63,955 bases of DNA from Acidobacteriota bacterium. GTDB taxonomy: Bacteria; Acidobacteriota; UBA4820; DSQY01. Positions within the stretch are counted from its first letter, which is position 1. Every line of letters starts with the position of its first letter. The notes under the pieces are model-generated. The model was not told the origin of the DNA and ran no database searches. It worked only from the letters and a program-made list of their open reading frames with translations. The DNA is taken from the NCBI GenBank assembly GCA_049967655.1, contig JBMFSH010000015.1, positions 1 to 63,955 on the forward strand. The letters run 5' to 3'. Positions 1 through 9,843 of this stretch are shown here, one piece after another. The position numbers were made by a program, and so were the translations under genes.

Positions 1-1696
1 CTCCAAAGGTCCAGAGGTAAGTGTAGGGTGGCGTGCCGTTGCTCGCGCTCCCAGTAAAGCAGACGTTGAGCGCGGCAAGCCCGCAGTTGACGTCGGAGGT
101 CGCGGTGACGGTTATCAGCACCGTGACCGTGAGGGAGGCCGTGGCGGTGGTATTATCGACCGTATCCTTAACCGTCAAAGTGGCCGTGTAGCTTCCCGCC
201 TTGGCGTAAGTGTGGTTCACGGTGGTCAGGGTATTGGCCGTCAGGGCGCCTGTACCCTTGGGCGTGCCATCGCCGGAGTCCAGCGTGTAGGTCAGGGCGT
301 CGGCGGCGCTGGTTCCCTGGGCCGCAAAGCTGAAGGTCATGGGAATTGAGGCGACCACCGGCGAACTGGCCGTGAAGGTGAGGATGGTGGTGGCCTCCGG
401 TACTCCCTGTTCGGCAACGGCTCTCACGCGCAGCCCCGGGCGGAACGAGGTGGTGGAGGAGAAGTGAAGTCCATCTGCGCTGAAAAAGGCGCCATCGGAG
501 GGCATGCTCCCATCCCTCGTATCGACGGCCAACGGATAGGAGGAGCTTCCCTTAATCCCCAGCACCACGGCGAAAGGTTGGCCGCGCTGGACCTGGATCG
601 GGCTGTTCAGGGCCACACTCGCGTAGCCAGGATCCTGCGCGACGCCCGACTGCTTCAAGAGCAGGTGCTGAGGCCGCCCGTCCTGCATGTCCCCGTAGAT
701 TCGGATCGTGTAGCTCATGCCCGACTCGGGGAGCCAGAATTCCACCGCCTTGAGGGTCTCATTTCCGCGGGCCACGTAGCGCTCCGCGGCCCAGGCCCTC
801 GGCTGGCCATATCCCGCGAGCCGGTTCGGCCCGGCGTAATCCTGCAGGTAGAGGCTCTCTCCTTGCGATGCGACGCGGAAGCCCGTGATGGCCGTGGCGG
901 CGGTACCGATGCCCGCGGAGCCGTAGGCCACGTACCCAATGCCCCCGTCGCCCCAACTCGGATCGCCGTCGAATACCAGCCAGGCACCCCGCCCCGTCCC
1001 GAGGGCATCGTCGCTCCAGCCCAGGATGACCACGGATCGGTCGGGGGCCGCCTCACCTTCGTAGGTGAGCACGCTCCTGCCATCGTAGGCCGCGAAACCC
1101 GGGAATTCGGTGGCCATGAGCGAGAAGACCGGCGCGCCTCCCAACAGAGTCTCCTTGATGGCCAGATCGCCCTTGGGCAAGACCCGCCAGCCTTCGGGCA
1201 CCATGCGCTCACCCGACAGGGCCTTCAGTCCGACCTGGGCCCAGAGGTTTACGGCCGAAGCCACGCTTCCCGGAGCATCGTGTGGGAAGGCGCTTGCCGC
1301 CGAGGGATCCGGGATGGCGCTGCCCTGGAGCTGAAGAGCCACGCCCGTCCAGAGCGCGGAGACCCACGAATCGGACGGCTGCTGGCCCAGCGCCTCAAGT
1401 CGCGGCAACGGAGCCCCGGCCCGCAGGTCGAAGGCGGCGGGCATGGCCCGCTCGGCTCCTCCCTGCGCACCGGACTGGAAAGGATAGATTACCTTGGAGC
1501 CCGGTCCCGAAAGAGAGGCCGCCGACGGCAGCGGAGCAAGGCCGACGGCAGCCGGCCTCGCCGGACCTGCCTGCACGGGAGCGAACCAGAGGAGCGCCCC
1601 CAGGGCCAGAAGGGCCGATGCGAAACGGACGAGGCGGGTACCCCCTCTCCCTTTCGCGGTCTCGCACAACCCGCTTACACGGTGGGCCTCTGACAT
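1..1696 (-). CDS. Secreted papain(C1A)-like pseudoprotease with lectin-like and PKD domains (runs off the left edge)
   Basis: Not in the ORF track because there is no stop in the window. Manual translation from ATG 1696 (SD GAGGAGG upstream) gives signal peptide ..RFASALLALGALLWFAPVQA, then PAAFDLR..QQPSDSWVSA, DRSVVILGWSDD..GAWLVFDGDPSWGDGG, YLQDYAG..AWAAERYVARGNETLKAVEFW, and PKD-like NHTYAKAGSYTATLTVKD / GTPPYTYLWTFG. Confidence 0.8.
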   Translation of the reverse strand, partial: MSEAHRVSGLCETAKGRGGTRLVRFASALLALGALLWFAPVQAGPARPAAVGLAPLPSAASLSGPGSKVIYPFQSGAQGGAERAMPAAFDLRAGAPLPRLEALGQQPSDSWVSALWTGVALQLQGSAIPDPSAASAFPHDAPGSVASAVNLWAQVGLKALSGERMVPEGWRVLPKGDLAIKETLLGGAPVFSLMATEFPGFAAYDGRSVLTYEGEAAPDRSVVILGWSDDALGTGRGAWLVFDGDPSWGDGGIGYVAYGSAGIGTAATAITGFRVASQGESLYLQDYAGPNRLAGYGQPRAWAAERYVARGNETLKAVEFWLPESGMSYTIRIYGDMQDGRPQHLLLKQSGVAQDPGYASVALNSPIQVQRGQPFAVVLGIKGSSSYPLAVDTRDGSMPSDGAFFSADGLHFSSTTSFRPGLRVRAVAEQGVPEATTILTFTASSPVVASIPMTFSFAAQGTSAADALTYTLDSGDGTPKGTGALTANTLTTVNHTYAKAGSYTATLTVKDTVDNTTATASLTVTVLITVTATSDVNCGLAALNVCFTGSASNGTPPYTYLWTFG

Positions 1697-1805
1697 GCCT
1701 GCCTCCTCTTCCTAACCTCGATCTGCAGGACTACCAACCCCCTGTTGTGGTTACTCAACCTGCTTCGCTCGCCAGCTGACAAGGAGTTCTTTAACCACGA
1801 TTATC

Positions 1806-1834
1806 AAATTACATCCCCGGGCTGGGATAGTCAA
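1806..1834 (-). promoter_or_regulatory. Sigma70-type promoter for the PKD protein gene
   Basis: Minus strand TTGACT-N17-TAATTT; the spacer contains an ATCCC..GGGAT inverted repeat. Confidence 0.5.
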
Positions 1835-2039
1835 GAGCTTCAGGGAAACACACAAAACTCCCTCGCATTCCACAAAAAAGAGAGACGGCATCGGCCTCTT
1901 GCACGGAGCCGTTTCTCCGATCGTGGAGCCCGAATCAACTCTGGGGAGCCCTTGCTTCCCGGGTTCCGCGCCGCCTGGGCCCAGGCGGCGTTTCGGATGG
2001 AGGGGCCCGGCCAGCTGATGTTACAATCACGAAACGTTC

Positions 2040-2876
2040 ATGAAACGCCGTGGGCCTTCCCGCCCCCTTTTGATAGACTCGCCGGGAGCATGGAGGCGGA
2101 CCTTGGAAGCCGAGCCCGTCCTGCATTGGTGGCATTCACGCAACAACCGGCCCCTCTCGGACCTGATCCTGGAGGAGCTCCTCCTCGATGAAGCGGGCCA
2201 GGGATCTCTGGGCCTGCTGACCTACGCCTGGGCCGGGCCGGTTCTCGTGCTGGGCTACGGACAGAGCCCGGAAGGGGTGGTGGACCTGGACTTCTGCGGG
2301 CGGAAGGGCATTCCGGTGTTGCGGCGGAGCACCGGGGGAACGGCCGTCTACCACCACGGAGCCCTCTCGCTCTGCCTCTGTCTTCCGGCCTCCCACCCGT
2401 GGGCGCAAGGAATCCAGGGGCTCTACGACGCCTTCGTCGAATCCGTGCGCGCCGGGCTGGCGGCCGCCGGAATCCGCACGGAGCGGCCGGCCGGCCGGCC
2501 GCCCTCTCCTGCGGTCCGCTCCCCCATCTGCTTCGAGGACCACCGCACGGAGACGCTCCTCCTGGGGGGCCGAAAGGTGCTGGGGTGCGCCCAGGCCCGA
2601 AGGAGTCGGTCGGTGCTGGTGCACGGCACTCTCCTCTTTCGCCTGGATGCCGAGCTCCAGGCCCGGATCTTCGGTGTGCCCTCGGCCCGCATCGAAGCCG
2701 CCATGGGGGCGCTGCCCTCCCCGTCGCCGGAGGGCGCCGACTCGCTCGCCCCGGCGCTGGCCGGGCAAATGGCCTCCGACCTCGCCTCCCCTCTGCGATC
2801 CGAACCCGCGCCACCTCCGCTCCCGCCAGGGTCCGATGCGCGGGAGGCCGATCCGCGCTGGGTGATCCTTCCCTAG
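2040..2876 (+). CDS. Lipoate-protein ligase A / octanoyltransferase family (BPL_LplA_LipB)
   Basis: VLRRSTGGTAVYH, GRKVLGCAQAR and VHGTLL motifs; directly upstream of the 2-oxoacid dehydrogenase operon. Confidence 0.85.
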   Translation: MKRRGPSRPLLIDSPGAWRRTLEAEPVLHWWHSRNNRPLSDLILEELLLDEAGQGSLGLLTYAWAGPVLVLGYGQSPEGVVDLDFCGRKGIPVLRRSTGGTAVYHHGALSLCLCLPASHPWAQGIQGLYDAFVESVRAGLAAAGIRTERPAGRPPSPAVRSPICFEDHRTETLLLGGRKVLGCAQARRSRSVLVHGTLLFRLDAELQARIFGVPSARIEAAMGALPSPSPEGADSLAPALAGQMASDLASPLRSEPAPPPLPPGSDAREADPRWVILP

Positions 2877-2909
2877 CCGCCCGCCCACCGGGCCTCTCCC
2901 GCGCTGCTA

Positions 2910-2925
2910 CGGCAAGACTTTTGCT
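2910..2925 (+). promoter_or_regulatory. Putative sigma54 (-24/-12) promoter of the dehydrogenase operon
   Basis: CGGCAAGACTTTTGCT = GG-N10-GC with TTGCT. Confidence 0.5.
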
Positions 2926-3002
2926 TACAAACGGGTGAGGTTGTTGCGCCCGAGGGGGGCTCCACACCGGATGGACCGGAATCGAAGAAGAGGAGAGTGC
3001 GA

Positions 3003-4076
3003 ATGCCCAGGAAGATCATTCACCAGGCCGTGACCGAGCGGCTGGAGATTCTGGACAGGGACGGCAGGGCGGACAAAGCTCTCCTGCCGGACCTCTCGAA
3101 TGACCAGCTTCTGATGCTCTACCGCATGATGGTCCAGATGCGTAAATTGGACGAAAAGGCGCTCAACCTCCAGCGGCAGGGCCGCATCGGGACCTACGCC
3201 TCCCTGCGCGGACAGGAGGCCTGCCAGGCGGGTATGGCCCTGGCCCTGGAGCCCCAGGACTGGCTCATCCCCTCCTTTCGAGAGCACGGCATCATGACGC
3301 TCAGGGGCATCCCCGCGCACCTCCTCTACGCTTTTTGGAAGGGCGATGAGCGTGGAGACCTGTTCCCCGAGGGCGTGAACTGCCTGCCGCCCTCCATACC
3401 CGTGGGCAGCCAGCTGCTCCACGCGGCGGGCGTGGGGATGGCCCTCAAGCTGCGCCAAGTGGCCGCCGTGGCGGTGGGCTTCGCCGGCGACGGGGCCTCC
3501 TCGGAGGGCGACTTCCACGAGGCGCTGAATTTCGCGGGGGTCTTTCAGACCCAGACCGTCTTTCTGATCCAGAACAACCAGTGGGCCATCTCCGTGCCCT
3601 TCAAGCGCCAGACGGCCGCCGAATCCATCGCCCAGAAAGCCCACGCCTACGGCATCCCTGGCGTCCAGGTGGACGGGAACGACGTGCTGGCGGTCTACGC
3701 CGCGTCCAAGGAGGCGGCGGACCGCGCACGCTCCGGCGGAGGCCCCACGCTCATCGAGGCCCTCACCTACCGCATGGAGAACCACACCACGGCGGACGAC
3801 GCCCTTCGGTACCGCCCCGCAGAGGAGCTCCAGTTCTGGCGGGAGCGCGACCCCATCGACCGAATGCGGAAGTTCCTCGTGAGCCGAAAACTCTGGAACG
3901 ACAAGAAGGAAGCTGCTCTCACGGAGGAGGCCGCGGCGGCCATCGAGGCCGAGGTCGAACGGCTGGAGACCATGCCCGCACCCTCGCCCGTGGAGATGTT
4001 CGAGACCATGTACGCGCAGATGCCCTGGAACCTTCAGGAACAGCGTGACGAAATCGCGAAGGAGGCGGGACGATGA
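3003..4076 (+). CDS. pdhA: Pyruvate/2-oxoacid dehydrogenase E1 alpha subunit
   Basis: LQRQGRIGTY, GQEA, TPP motif GDGASSEGDFHEALN..NNQWAIS, YRMENHTTADD; SD AGGAGA before ATG 3003. Confidence 0.93.
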   Translation: MPRKIIHQAVTERLEILDRDGRADKALLPDLSNDQLLMLYRMMVQMRKLDEKALNLQRQGRIGTYASLRGQEACQAGMALALEPQDWLIPSFREHGIMTLRGIPAHLLYAFWKGDERGDLFPEGVNCLPPSIPVGSQLLHAAGVGMALKLRQVAAVAVGFAGDGASSEGDFHEALNFAGVFQTQTVFLIQNNQWAISVPFKRQTAAESIAQKAHAYGIPGVQVDGNDVLAVYAASKEAADRARSGGGPTLIEALTYRMENHTTADDALRYRPAEELQFWRERDPIDRMRKFLVSRKLWNDKKEAALTEEAAAAIEAEVERLETMPAPSPVEMFETMYAQMPWNLQEQRDEIAKEAGR

Positions 4077-5110
4077 CCCGGCAGCAGGCGACGAACCAGC
4101 AGGAACGGAGCCTCAGGGCCGTGGAGAGCCCGGCCGAGCGCCTGACCATGGTGCAGGCGATCAACCAGGCCCTCAAGGAGGAGATGGAGCGGGACGAAGC
4201 GGTCCTGGTTCTGGGCGAGGACGTGGGCAAGGATGGGGGCGTGTTCCGGGTCACCGAGGGGCTGCTCGACGCCTTCGGCCCCGAGCGGGTGATGGACACC
4301 CCGCTGGCCGAGAGCGGTATCGTGGGCTTCTCCATCGGCCTGGCTGCGGCGGGCTTCCGTCCCGTGGCGGAGATCCAGTTCATGGGCTTCCTCTACCCCG
4401 CCCTGAACCAGCTCTTCGCCCACGCGGCCCGGATGCGGAACCGCTCCAGGGGCCGCACCCACCTGCCCATGGTGGTGCGGATGCCCTACGGCGGGGGCAT
4501 CCATCCGCCGGAGCACCACTCCGAGTCCTACGAGGCGCTCCTGGTGAACACCCCCGGCCTCAAGGTGGTGGTTCCCTCCACTCCGTACGACGCCAAGGGG
4601 CTTCTGGCCTCGGCCATCCGCGACGAGGACCCCGTCGTCTTTCTGGAACCCAAGCGCATCTACCGCGCCTTTCGGGAGGAGGTTCCCTCCGAGCCGTACA
4701 CCGTGCCCATCGGCAAGGCCAAGGTCGTCAAATCGGGCACCGATCTGACGATCATCGCCTACGGCTCCATGGTACGGCAGGCCCTGGAGGCCCACGACGC
4801 TTTGGCCCACGATGGGGTTTCGGCCGAGGTGGTGGACCTTCGGACCCTCAGCCCCGTGGACGCTGGAACCATCATCGAATCGGTGAGCAAGACGGGACGG
4901 GCCGTGGTTGTTCACGAGGCACCGAGGACGGGCGGCTTCGGGGCAGAGATCGTGGCCCTCATCAACGAACGCGCGCTGCTCCACCTGAAAGCCCCCGTGG
5001 AGCGTGTCACCGGCTACGACGTGGTCTTCCCATACGCCCTGCTGGAGAACCACTATCTTCCGAACCGCGAGCGGGTCGTGGCCGCCGCCAAACGCGCGCT
5101 GGAACTCTAG
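4073..5110 (+). CDS. pdhB: Pyruvate/2-oxoacid dehydrogenase E1 beta subunit
   Basis: GEDVGKDGGVFRVT, DTPLAESGI, AEIQF, EHHSES; ATGA overlap with pdhA. Confidence 0.93.
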   Translation: MTRQQATNQQERSLRAVESPAERLTMVQAINQALKEEMERDEAVLVLGEDVGKDGGVFRVTEGLLDAFGPERVMDTPLAESGIVGFSIGLAAAGFRPVAEIQFMGFLYPALNQLFAHAARMRNRSRGRTHLPMVVRMPYGGGIHPPEHHSESYEALLVNTPGLKVVVPSTPYDAKGLLASAIRDEDPVVFLEPKRIYRAFREEVPSEPYTVPIGKAKVVKSGTDLTIIAYGSMVRQALEAHDALAHDGVSAEVVDLRTLSPVDAGTIIESVSKTGRAVVVHEAPRTGGFGAEIVALINERALLHLKAPVERVTGYDVVFPYALLENHYLPNRERVVAAAKRALEL

Positions 5111-5219
5111 CCGGAGCATCTCCGAGGATGATCCCTTTGACCCGATGCCCCGCGGATACGGTCGTGTTCCGAGCGTGCTAAGGTATGTATCGAGCAACCC
5201 CCATGAGGAGAGGCAAAGG

Positions 5220-6485
5220 ATGCCGCTTGAATTCAGATTCCCCGACGTCGGGGAGGGAATCCACGAAGGAAAGATCGTGCAGTGGCTGGTCAAGGAGGGC
5301 GACTCCGTTGCCGTGGATCAGCCCTTCGTCAAGGTGGAGACCGACAAGGCCGTGGTGGACCTGCCCGCCCCCAAGGCCGGCGGCGTCTTGGCCCTGCGGT
5401 TCGCCGCCGGGGAGACGATCCACGTGGGGGACGTGATCGCCGTATTCGGCTCGCCGGGCGAGAAGGGCACCGGGGCATCCGCTGCCGCGGCTCCGACGGC
5501 TCCCGCCCTTCCAGCCGCGCTCCCGGCCGTGCCTCAACCGGCCGCCCCCCCTCCACCGCGCTCGGGGAAAATCCTCGCCACTCCCCACACGCGGGCCTAC
5601 GCGCGCAAGCTGGGGGTCGACCTCGCTTCGGCCGTTCCCACCGGCAAGGGCGGTCGCATCACCGACGAAGACGTGGACCGCGCCCTGAGGGGCTCCCCGA
5701 GCGCCGGCGCCCAGGCCGCGCCGGCTCCGCCGCGTTCCGCCCCCGCAACCCCCTCGGCGCCTGTCGAGATCACCGAGGCGGGCCCCGTGACGCGAGAACC
5801 CATCTCCCACCTGCGCAAGGTGATCGCGGAGGCTATGACGGCGAGCAAGCACACCTCCGCCCACGTGACCCACGTGGACGAGGCCGACGTCACCGACCTG
5901 GTGGAGCTCTACCGCAAGGTGAAGGGCACCGTGGAGGCGGACGGGCGGACCAAGTTCTCCCTCATGCCCATCTTCGTCAAGGCGGTGGTGGCCATGCTCA
6001 AGAGGCACCCTCTGCTCAACGCGAGCTATGACGAGGCTCGGGGGGAGATCGTCCTCAAGCGGTACTACCACATCGGCATGGCGGTGGACACGCCCGACGG
6101 CCTCATCGTCCCGGTGCTCAAAGACGCCGACCGCAAGGACATGCTCCAGCTGGCCGGCGAGGTCGCCGACTTGGCCCAGCGGGCACGGGAGCGCCGCCTC
6201 TCCCTCGAGGAGCTCAAGGGCGGCTCCTTCACCATCACCAACATTGGGCCCATCGGGGGCCTCATCGCCACGCCCATCATTCACCAGCCCGAGCTGGCCA
6301 TCGCGGCCCTCTTCGCCATCAAGGAGAGACCGGCCGTGGTGGGCGGCGTGGTCGTACCGCGCAAGCTCATGAACGTCGCCATCAGCTTCGACCACCGCAT
6401 CATCGACGGGGCCGAGGGGGCGAGGGCCGCGGCCGACCTGGTGCGCCTTCTCGAGAACCCCGGGCTCCTCATGGTCAGCCTGTGA
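5220..6485 (+). CDS. pdhC: Dihydrolipoamide acyltransferase E2 (single lipoyl domain)
   Basis: FPDVGEGIHEG, lipoyl ETDKA, E3-binding PTGKGGRITDEDV, catalytic DHRIIDG; start placed at ATG 5220. Confidence 0.92.
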   Translation: MPLEFRFPDVGEGIHEGKIVQWLVKEGDSVAVDQPFVKVETDKAVVDLPAPKAGGVLALRFAAGETIHVGDVIAVFGSPGEKGTGASAAAAPTAPALPAALPAVPQPAAPPPPRSGKILATPHTRAYARKLGVDLASAVPTGKGGRITDEDVDRALRGSPSAGAQAAPAPPRSAPATPSAPVEITEAGPVTREPISHLRKVIAEAMTASKHTSAHVTHVDEADVTDLVELYRKVKGTVEADGRTKFSLMPIFVKAVVAMLKRHPLLNASYDEARGEIVLKRYYHIGMAVDTPDGLIVPVLKDADRKDMLQLAGEVADLAQRARERRLSLEELKGGSFTITNIGPIGGLIATPIIHQPELAIAALFAIKERPAVVGGVVVPRKLMNVAISFDHRIIDGAEGARAAADLVRLLENPGLLMVSL

Positions 6486-6612
6486 GGCGGCCGAGCCAGA
6501 TCGGGTGACGTGGGCCCCGGGGGAAGGGCGGAAATCCCGCCGCCATGGCCCTCTCAGGAACCGATGATGCCCCGGCTCCCCTCGCCGAAGCACCTTTTCA
6601 GAGGAGAAAGAC

Positions 6613-8031
6613 ATGGTCGTGGGATCCTTTAGCAAGGGCTGCCAGGTGGCCGTCATCGGCTCCGGACCGGGCGGCTACTTGGCCGCCATCCGCCTTGCCC
6701 AGCTCAAGAAGGACGTCCTCCTCATCGAGTCCGAGAAAAGCCTGGGCGGCATCTGCCTCAACGAGGGGTGCATCCCCAGCAAGGCCATGATCCACGCCGC
6801 GGATTTCGTGGAGCAGACCCAGCTCGCCTCCAAGATGGGCGTGACGGTGAGGGACGTGGGCGTGGACCTCGGCAAGCTCGTGGACTGGAAGGACCAGATC
6901 GTCAAGAAACTCACCGACGGTGTCCGTTTCCTCTCCACCAAGAACGGCGCCGAAATCCTGCGGGGGCGCGCCCGTTTCCTCAGCGACCGCAAGCTGGAGG
7001 TGGCCACCGAAGCGGGGCCCCAGCTCGTGGAGTTCGAGCAGGCGGTTATTGCCACGGGTTCTATCCCCTTTCCGCTCCCAGGCTTCCCCGTGGACGGCGA
7101 GAGGGTGATCGGATCCAAGGAGGCCCTGGCGCTCAGGGAGGTGCCGAAGAGGCTCGTGGTGATCGGCGGCGGCTACATCGGCCTCGAGCTCGGTTCGGTC
7201 TACCGGCGGCTGGGCTCGGAGGTGGCCATCGTGGAGTTCTTCCCCGAACTCCTCACCCAGCACGATCCCGAGTTGCGCGAAGTCATCACGAGAAGGCTCA
7301 AGAGCCTGGGCATCGGCCTCTACCTCGGCCAGCGCGCCATGGGCTACGAGAAGGGACACCCCAACAAGGTGCGCATCCAGGACCGCGACAACAAGGAGAC
7401 CCTCCTGGAGGCGGACAAGATCCTCGTCTCGGTGGGCCGCGTCCCCAACGTGGAGGGGCTCGGACTCAAGGAGGCCGGCGTCCAGCAGGAGCCCAAGGGC
7501 TTCATCCGGGTCAACCACCGCATGGAGACCAACGTGCCCGGCATCTACGCCATCGGCGACGTGGTGGGTGGGCCGCTGCTGGCCCACAAGGCCTACCGCG
7601 AGGCCAAGGTGGCCGCCGAAGTCATCGCGGGCGAGGCCTCCGCCTTCGACAACGTGGTGATCCCCGCGGTCATCTACACCGACCCCGAAATCGCCTGGGC
7701 CGGCCTCTCCGAGATGGAGGCCAAGGCCCAAGGCTACAAGGTCGTCACAGGCACCTTCCCCTTCCGCGCCTCGGGCCGCGCCATGACCCTCAACGCCACG
7801 GAGGGCTTCGTGAAGACCGTGGCGGATGCCGAGACCAAGCGGATCCTGGGTGTGCACATCGTGGGGGCGGACGCCAGCGAGATGATCGGCGAGGCGGCCC
7901 TGGCCATCGAGATGGGCGCCTTCCTGGACGACCTGAGCCAGACCATCCATCCCCACCCCACCATGAGCGAAGGGCTCCTTGAGTCGGTGGAGGCCGCCCT
8001 CGGCGAGGCCATCCACGTGCTGAACCGGTGA
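6613..8031 (+). CDS. lpdA: Dihydrolipoamide dehydrogenase E3
   Basis: GSGPGGY, redox disulfide GGICLNEGCIPSK, GGGYIGLE, HPHPTMSE. Confidence 0.95.
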   Translation: MVVGSFSKGCQVAVIGSGPGGYLAAIRLAQLKKDVLLIESEKSLGGICLNEGCIPSKAMIHAADFVEQTQLASKMGVTVRDVGVDLGKLVDWKDQIVKKLTDGVRFLSTKNGAEILRGRARFLSDRKLEVATEAGPQLVEFEQAVIATGSIPFPLPGFPVDGERVIGSKEALALREVPKRLVVIGGGYIGLELGSVYRRLGSEVAIVEFFPELLTQHDPELREVITRRLKSLGIGLYLGQRAMGYEKGHPNKVRIQDRDNKETLLEADKILVSVGRVPNVEGLGLKEAGVQQEPKGFIRVNHRMETNVPGIYAIGDVVGGPLLAHKAYREAKVAAEVIAGEASAFDNVVIPAVIYTDPEIAWAGLSEMEAKAQGYKVVTGTFPFRASGRAMTLNATEGFVKTVADAETKRILGVHIVGADASEMIGEAALAIEMGAFLDDLSQTIHPHPTMSEGLLESVEAALGEAIHVLNR

Positions 8032-8235
8032 GGAACGCAAGGCTAGGCGCCAGAGGGAGCATGGAGGATGAATCGATGGATGGGGGATGATGGGGGTCGC
8101 CGCCGGGAGGCGCCTCCCACAAGGAGAACCAAATCCCCGGCTCCAGTGTGAAGTTCCTTTCCGCCTTGTTATCTGGGTGGCGAATCCTTTGCCCCTTTCC
8201 GAATTCTGAATCTCGCGTGCTATACTCCATCGCTC

Positions 8236-9609
8236 ATGTGCGGGATCATGGGGCTCTACGGATTTCAAGAGGCCGCCATTCCAGCCTGCGAGGGGCTCTT
8301 CGCCCAGCAGCACCGGGGACAGGATTCGTGTGGGCTGGCCACCTCCGACGGCCAAACCCTCCACCGGTTTCGCGGCATGGGTCTGGTCCGGGACGTTCTG
8401 AAGCCAGACATCCTGCACACGCTGCCCGGGCGCTCCGCCATCGGCCACGTCCGGTATCCCACCCAAGGGGCCGCCCGCATCGAGAACTCGCAGCCCCACC
8501 TCTTCGTGAAGGGGGGCCGGCCGCTCTTCGCTCTCGCCAGCAACGGCGACATCACGAACCTCCCCGAGCTGGGGCGCGAAATCGAGGCCAGGGGTTACGC
8601 CCTGGAGGGCACCAACGACGCCGAGGTGATCGCCAAGGCCATCGGCATCTGGGCGTATGAGGACGGCATGGGCCTGGAGGCGGCCATCCGCCGCTGGATG
8701 GAGCGCGGATCGGGGGCCTACTCCACGGTGTTGCTCACCCCCACCGAACTCTACGCCTTCCGCGATCCGCAGGGGTTCCGGCCCATGTGCACCGGCGAGA
8801 AGGAGGGCGGGGTGGTGGTGGCCAGCGAATCGGTGGCCCTCGACATCATTCGCGCACGCTTCACGGGGACCGTCGAGCCAGGCGGCATCCTCCGCTGGGG
8901 AGCCGACGGCTTGAGCCGACTTCTCGGCGTCGAAAACGGTGCCCGTCACCACTGCATCTTCGAGCACATCTACTTCGCCAGGCCCGACAGTCAGGTCTTC
9001 GGAGAGTGCGTGTACGATGTCCGACGCCGCATCGGCGAGGCCCTGGCGGACGGGGACGACGTGGCGGCGGATGCGGTGGTGCCGATCCCCGACTCGGCCA
9101 ACTACATCGGCCTCTCCTACGCCAATGCCAGGGGAATTCCGCTCGTCTTCGGGCTCGTCAGAAACCACTACGTGGGGCGTTCCTTCATCGCCCCGGACCA
9201 GGTCATGCGGGACGACGCCGTGCGCCTGAAGTTCAACCCGCTGCCGGGTTTCTTCCAGGGGAAGAGCGTGGTCCTCGTGGACGACTCCATCGTGCGGGGC
9301 ACCACCATTCGCAAGCTCGTGCGGATGCTCCGCGAAAACGGCGCGCGGGAGGTCCACCTCCGCATCGGCTCGCCGCCCATCCGCTACTCCTGCTACTACG
9401 GGATCGACACCCCGGACCGGGAGCGCCTCGTGGCCGCCCACCGGGCCGCCCCTGAGGTGGCGGACCAGCTGGGCGCCAACTCCCTCCGCTACCTGAGCCT
9501 GGAGGGCCTCCGCTCCGCCGTCCAGCGGCCCGACCACTTCTGCTACGCCTGCTTCACCGGGGCCTACCCAGCGGGCTGTAAGCGCGCCACCCGGGAAGCG
9601 GGCCGCTGA
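8236..9609 (+). CDS. purF: Amidophosphoribosyltransferase (Fe-S type)
   Basis: N-terminal MCGI nucleophile, QHRGQD, GHVRYPT, CIFEHIYFARPDS, VDDSIVRGTT, CYYGID, CYACFTG. Confidence 0.95.
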   Translation: MCGIMGLYGFQEAAIPACEGLFAQQHRGQDSCGLATSDGQTLHRFRGMGLVRDVLKPDILHTLPGRSAIGHVRYPTQGAARIENSQPHLFVKGGRPLFALASNGDITNLPELGREIEARGYALEGTNDAEVIAKAIGIWAYEDGMGLEAAIRRWMERGSGAYSTVLLTPTELYAFRDPQGFRPMCTGEKEGGVVVASESVALDIIRARFTGTVEPGGILRWGADGLSRLLGVENGARHHCIFEHIYFARPDSQVFGECVYDVRRRIGEALADGDDVAADAVVPIPDSANYIGLSYANARGIPLVFGLVRNHYVGRSFIAPDQVMRDDAVRLKFNPLPGFFQGKSVVLVDDSIVRGTTIRKLVRMLRENGAREVHLRIGSPPIRYSCYYGIDTPDRERLVAAHRAAPEVADQLGANSLRYLSLEGLRSAVQRPDHFCYACFTGAYPAGCKRATREAGR

Positions 9610-9685
9610 TTCTCTTTTCCGAAATCCAGCGATGGCAACGGGGGCTCTGCGAGCAGGCCTCGGCTTCATGAGGGAACGCGGGGAC

Positions 9686-9764
9686 GTGATGAGGTGATGA
9701 GGTGATGAGGTGATGCGGAATGGAACAACCGGGCGGTGTCCCCTGTCCCTTGTCCCCTGTCCCC
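9686..9764. repeat. Short tandem repeats: about 4x GTGATGAG and 4x TGTCCCY
   Basis: Read directly in the purF-ECF spacer. Confidence 0.85.
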
Positions 9765-9796
9765 ATTCGCACTTCCCACATCCCCAATCCCCCCCG

Positions 9797-9824
9797 GGAA
9801 CCTTTTCGCCCCTCCAGAGTCCTA
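9797..9824 (+). promoter_or_regulatory. ECF-type promoter, probably autoregulatory
   Basis: GGAACC-N16-GTCCTA just upstream of SD GGAGG (9831) and ATG 9844 of the ECF gene. Confidence 0.6.
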
Positions 9825-9843
9825 CCGAGCGGAGGCCGTTGAG

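Noticed and set aside
464..1693. 409-aa plus-strand ORF
   Set aside because: Antisense shadow of the minus-strand papain-like/PKD gene; no motifs
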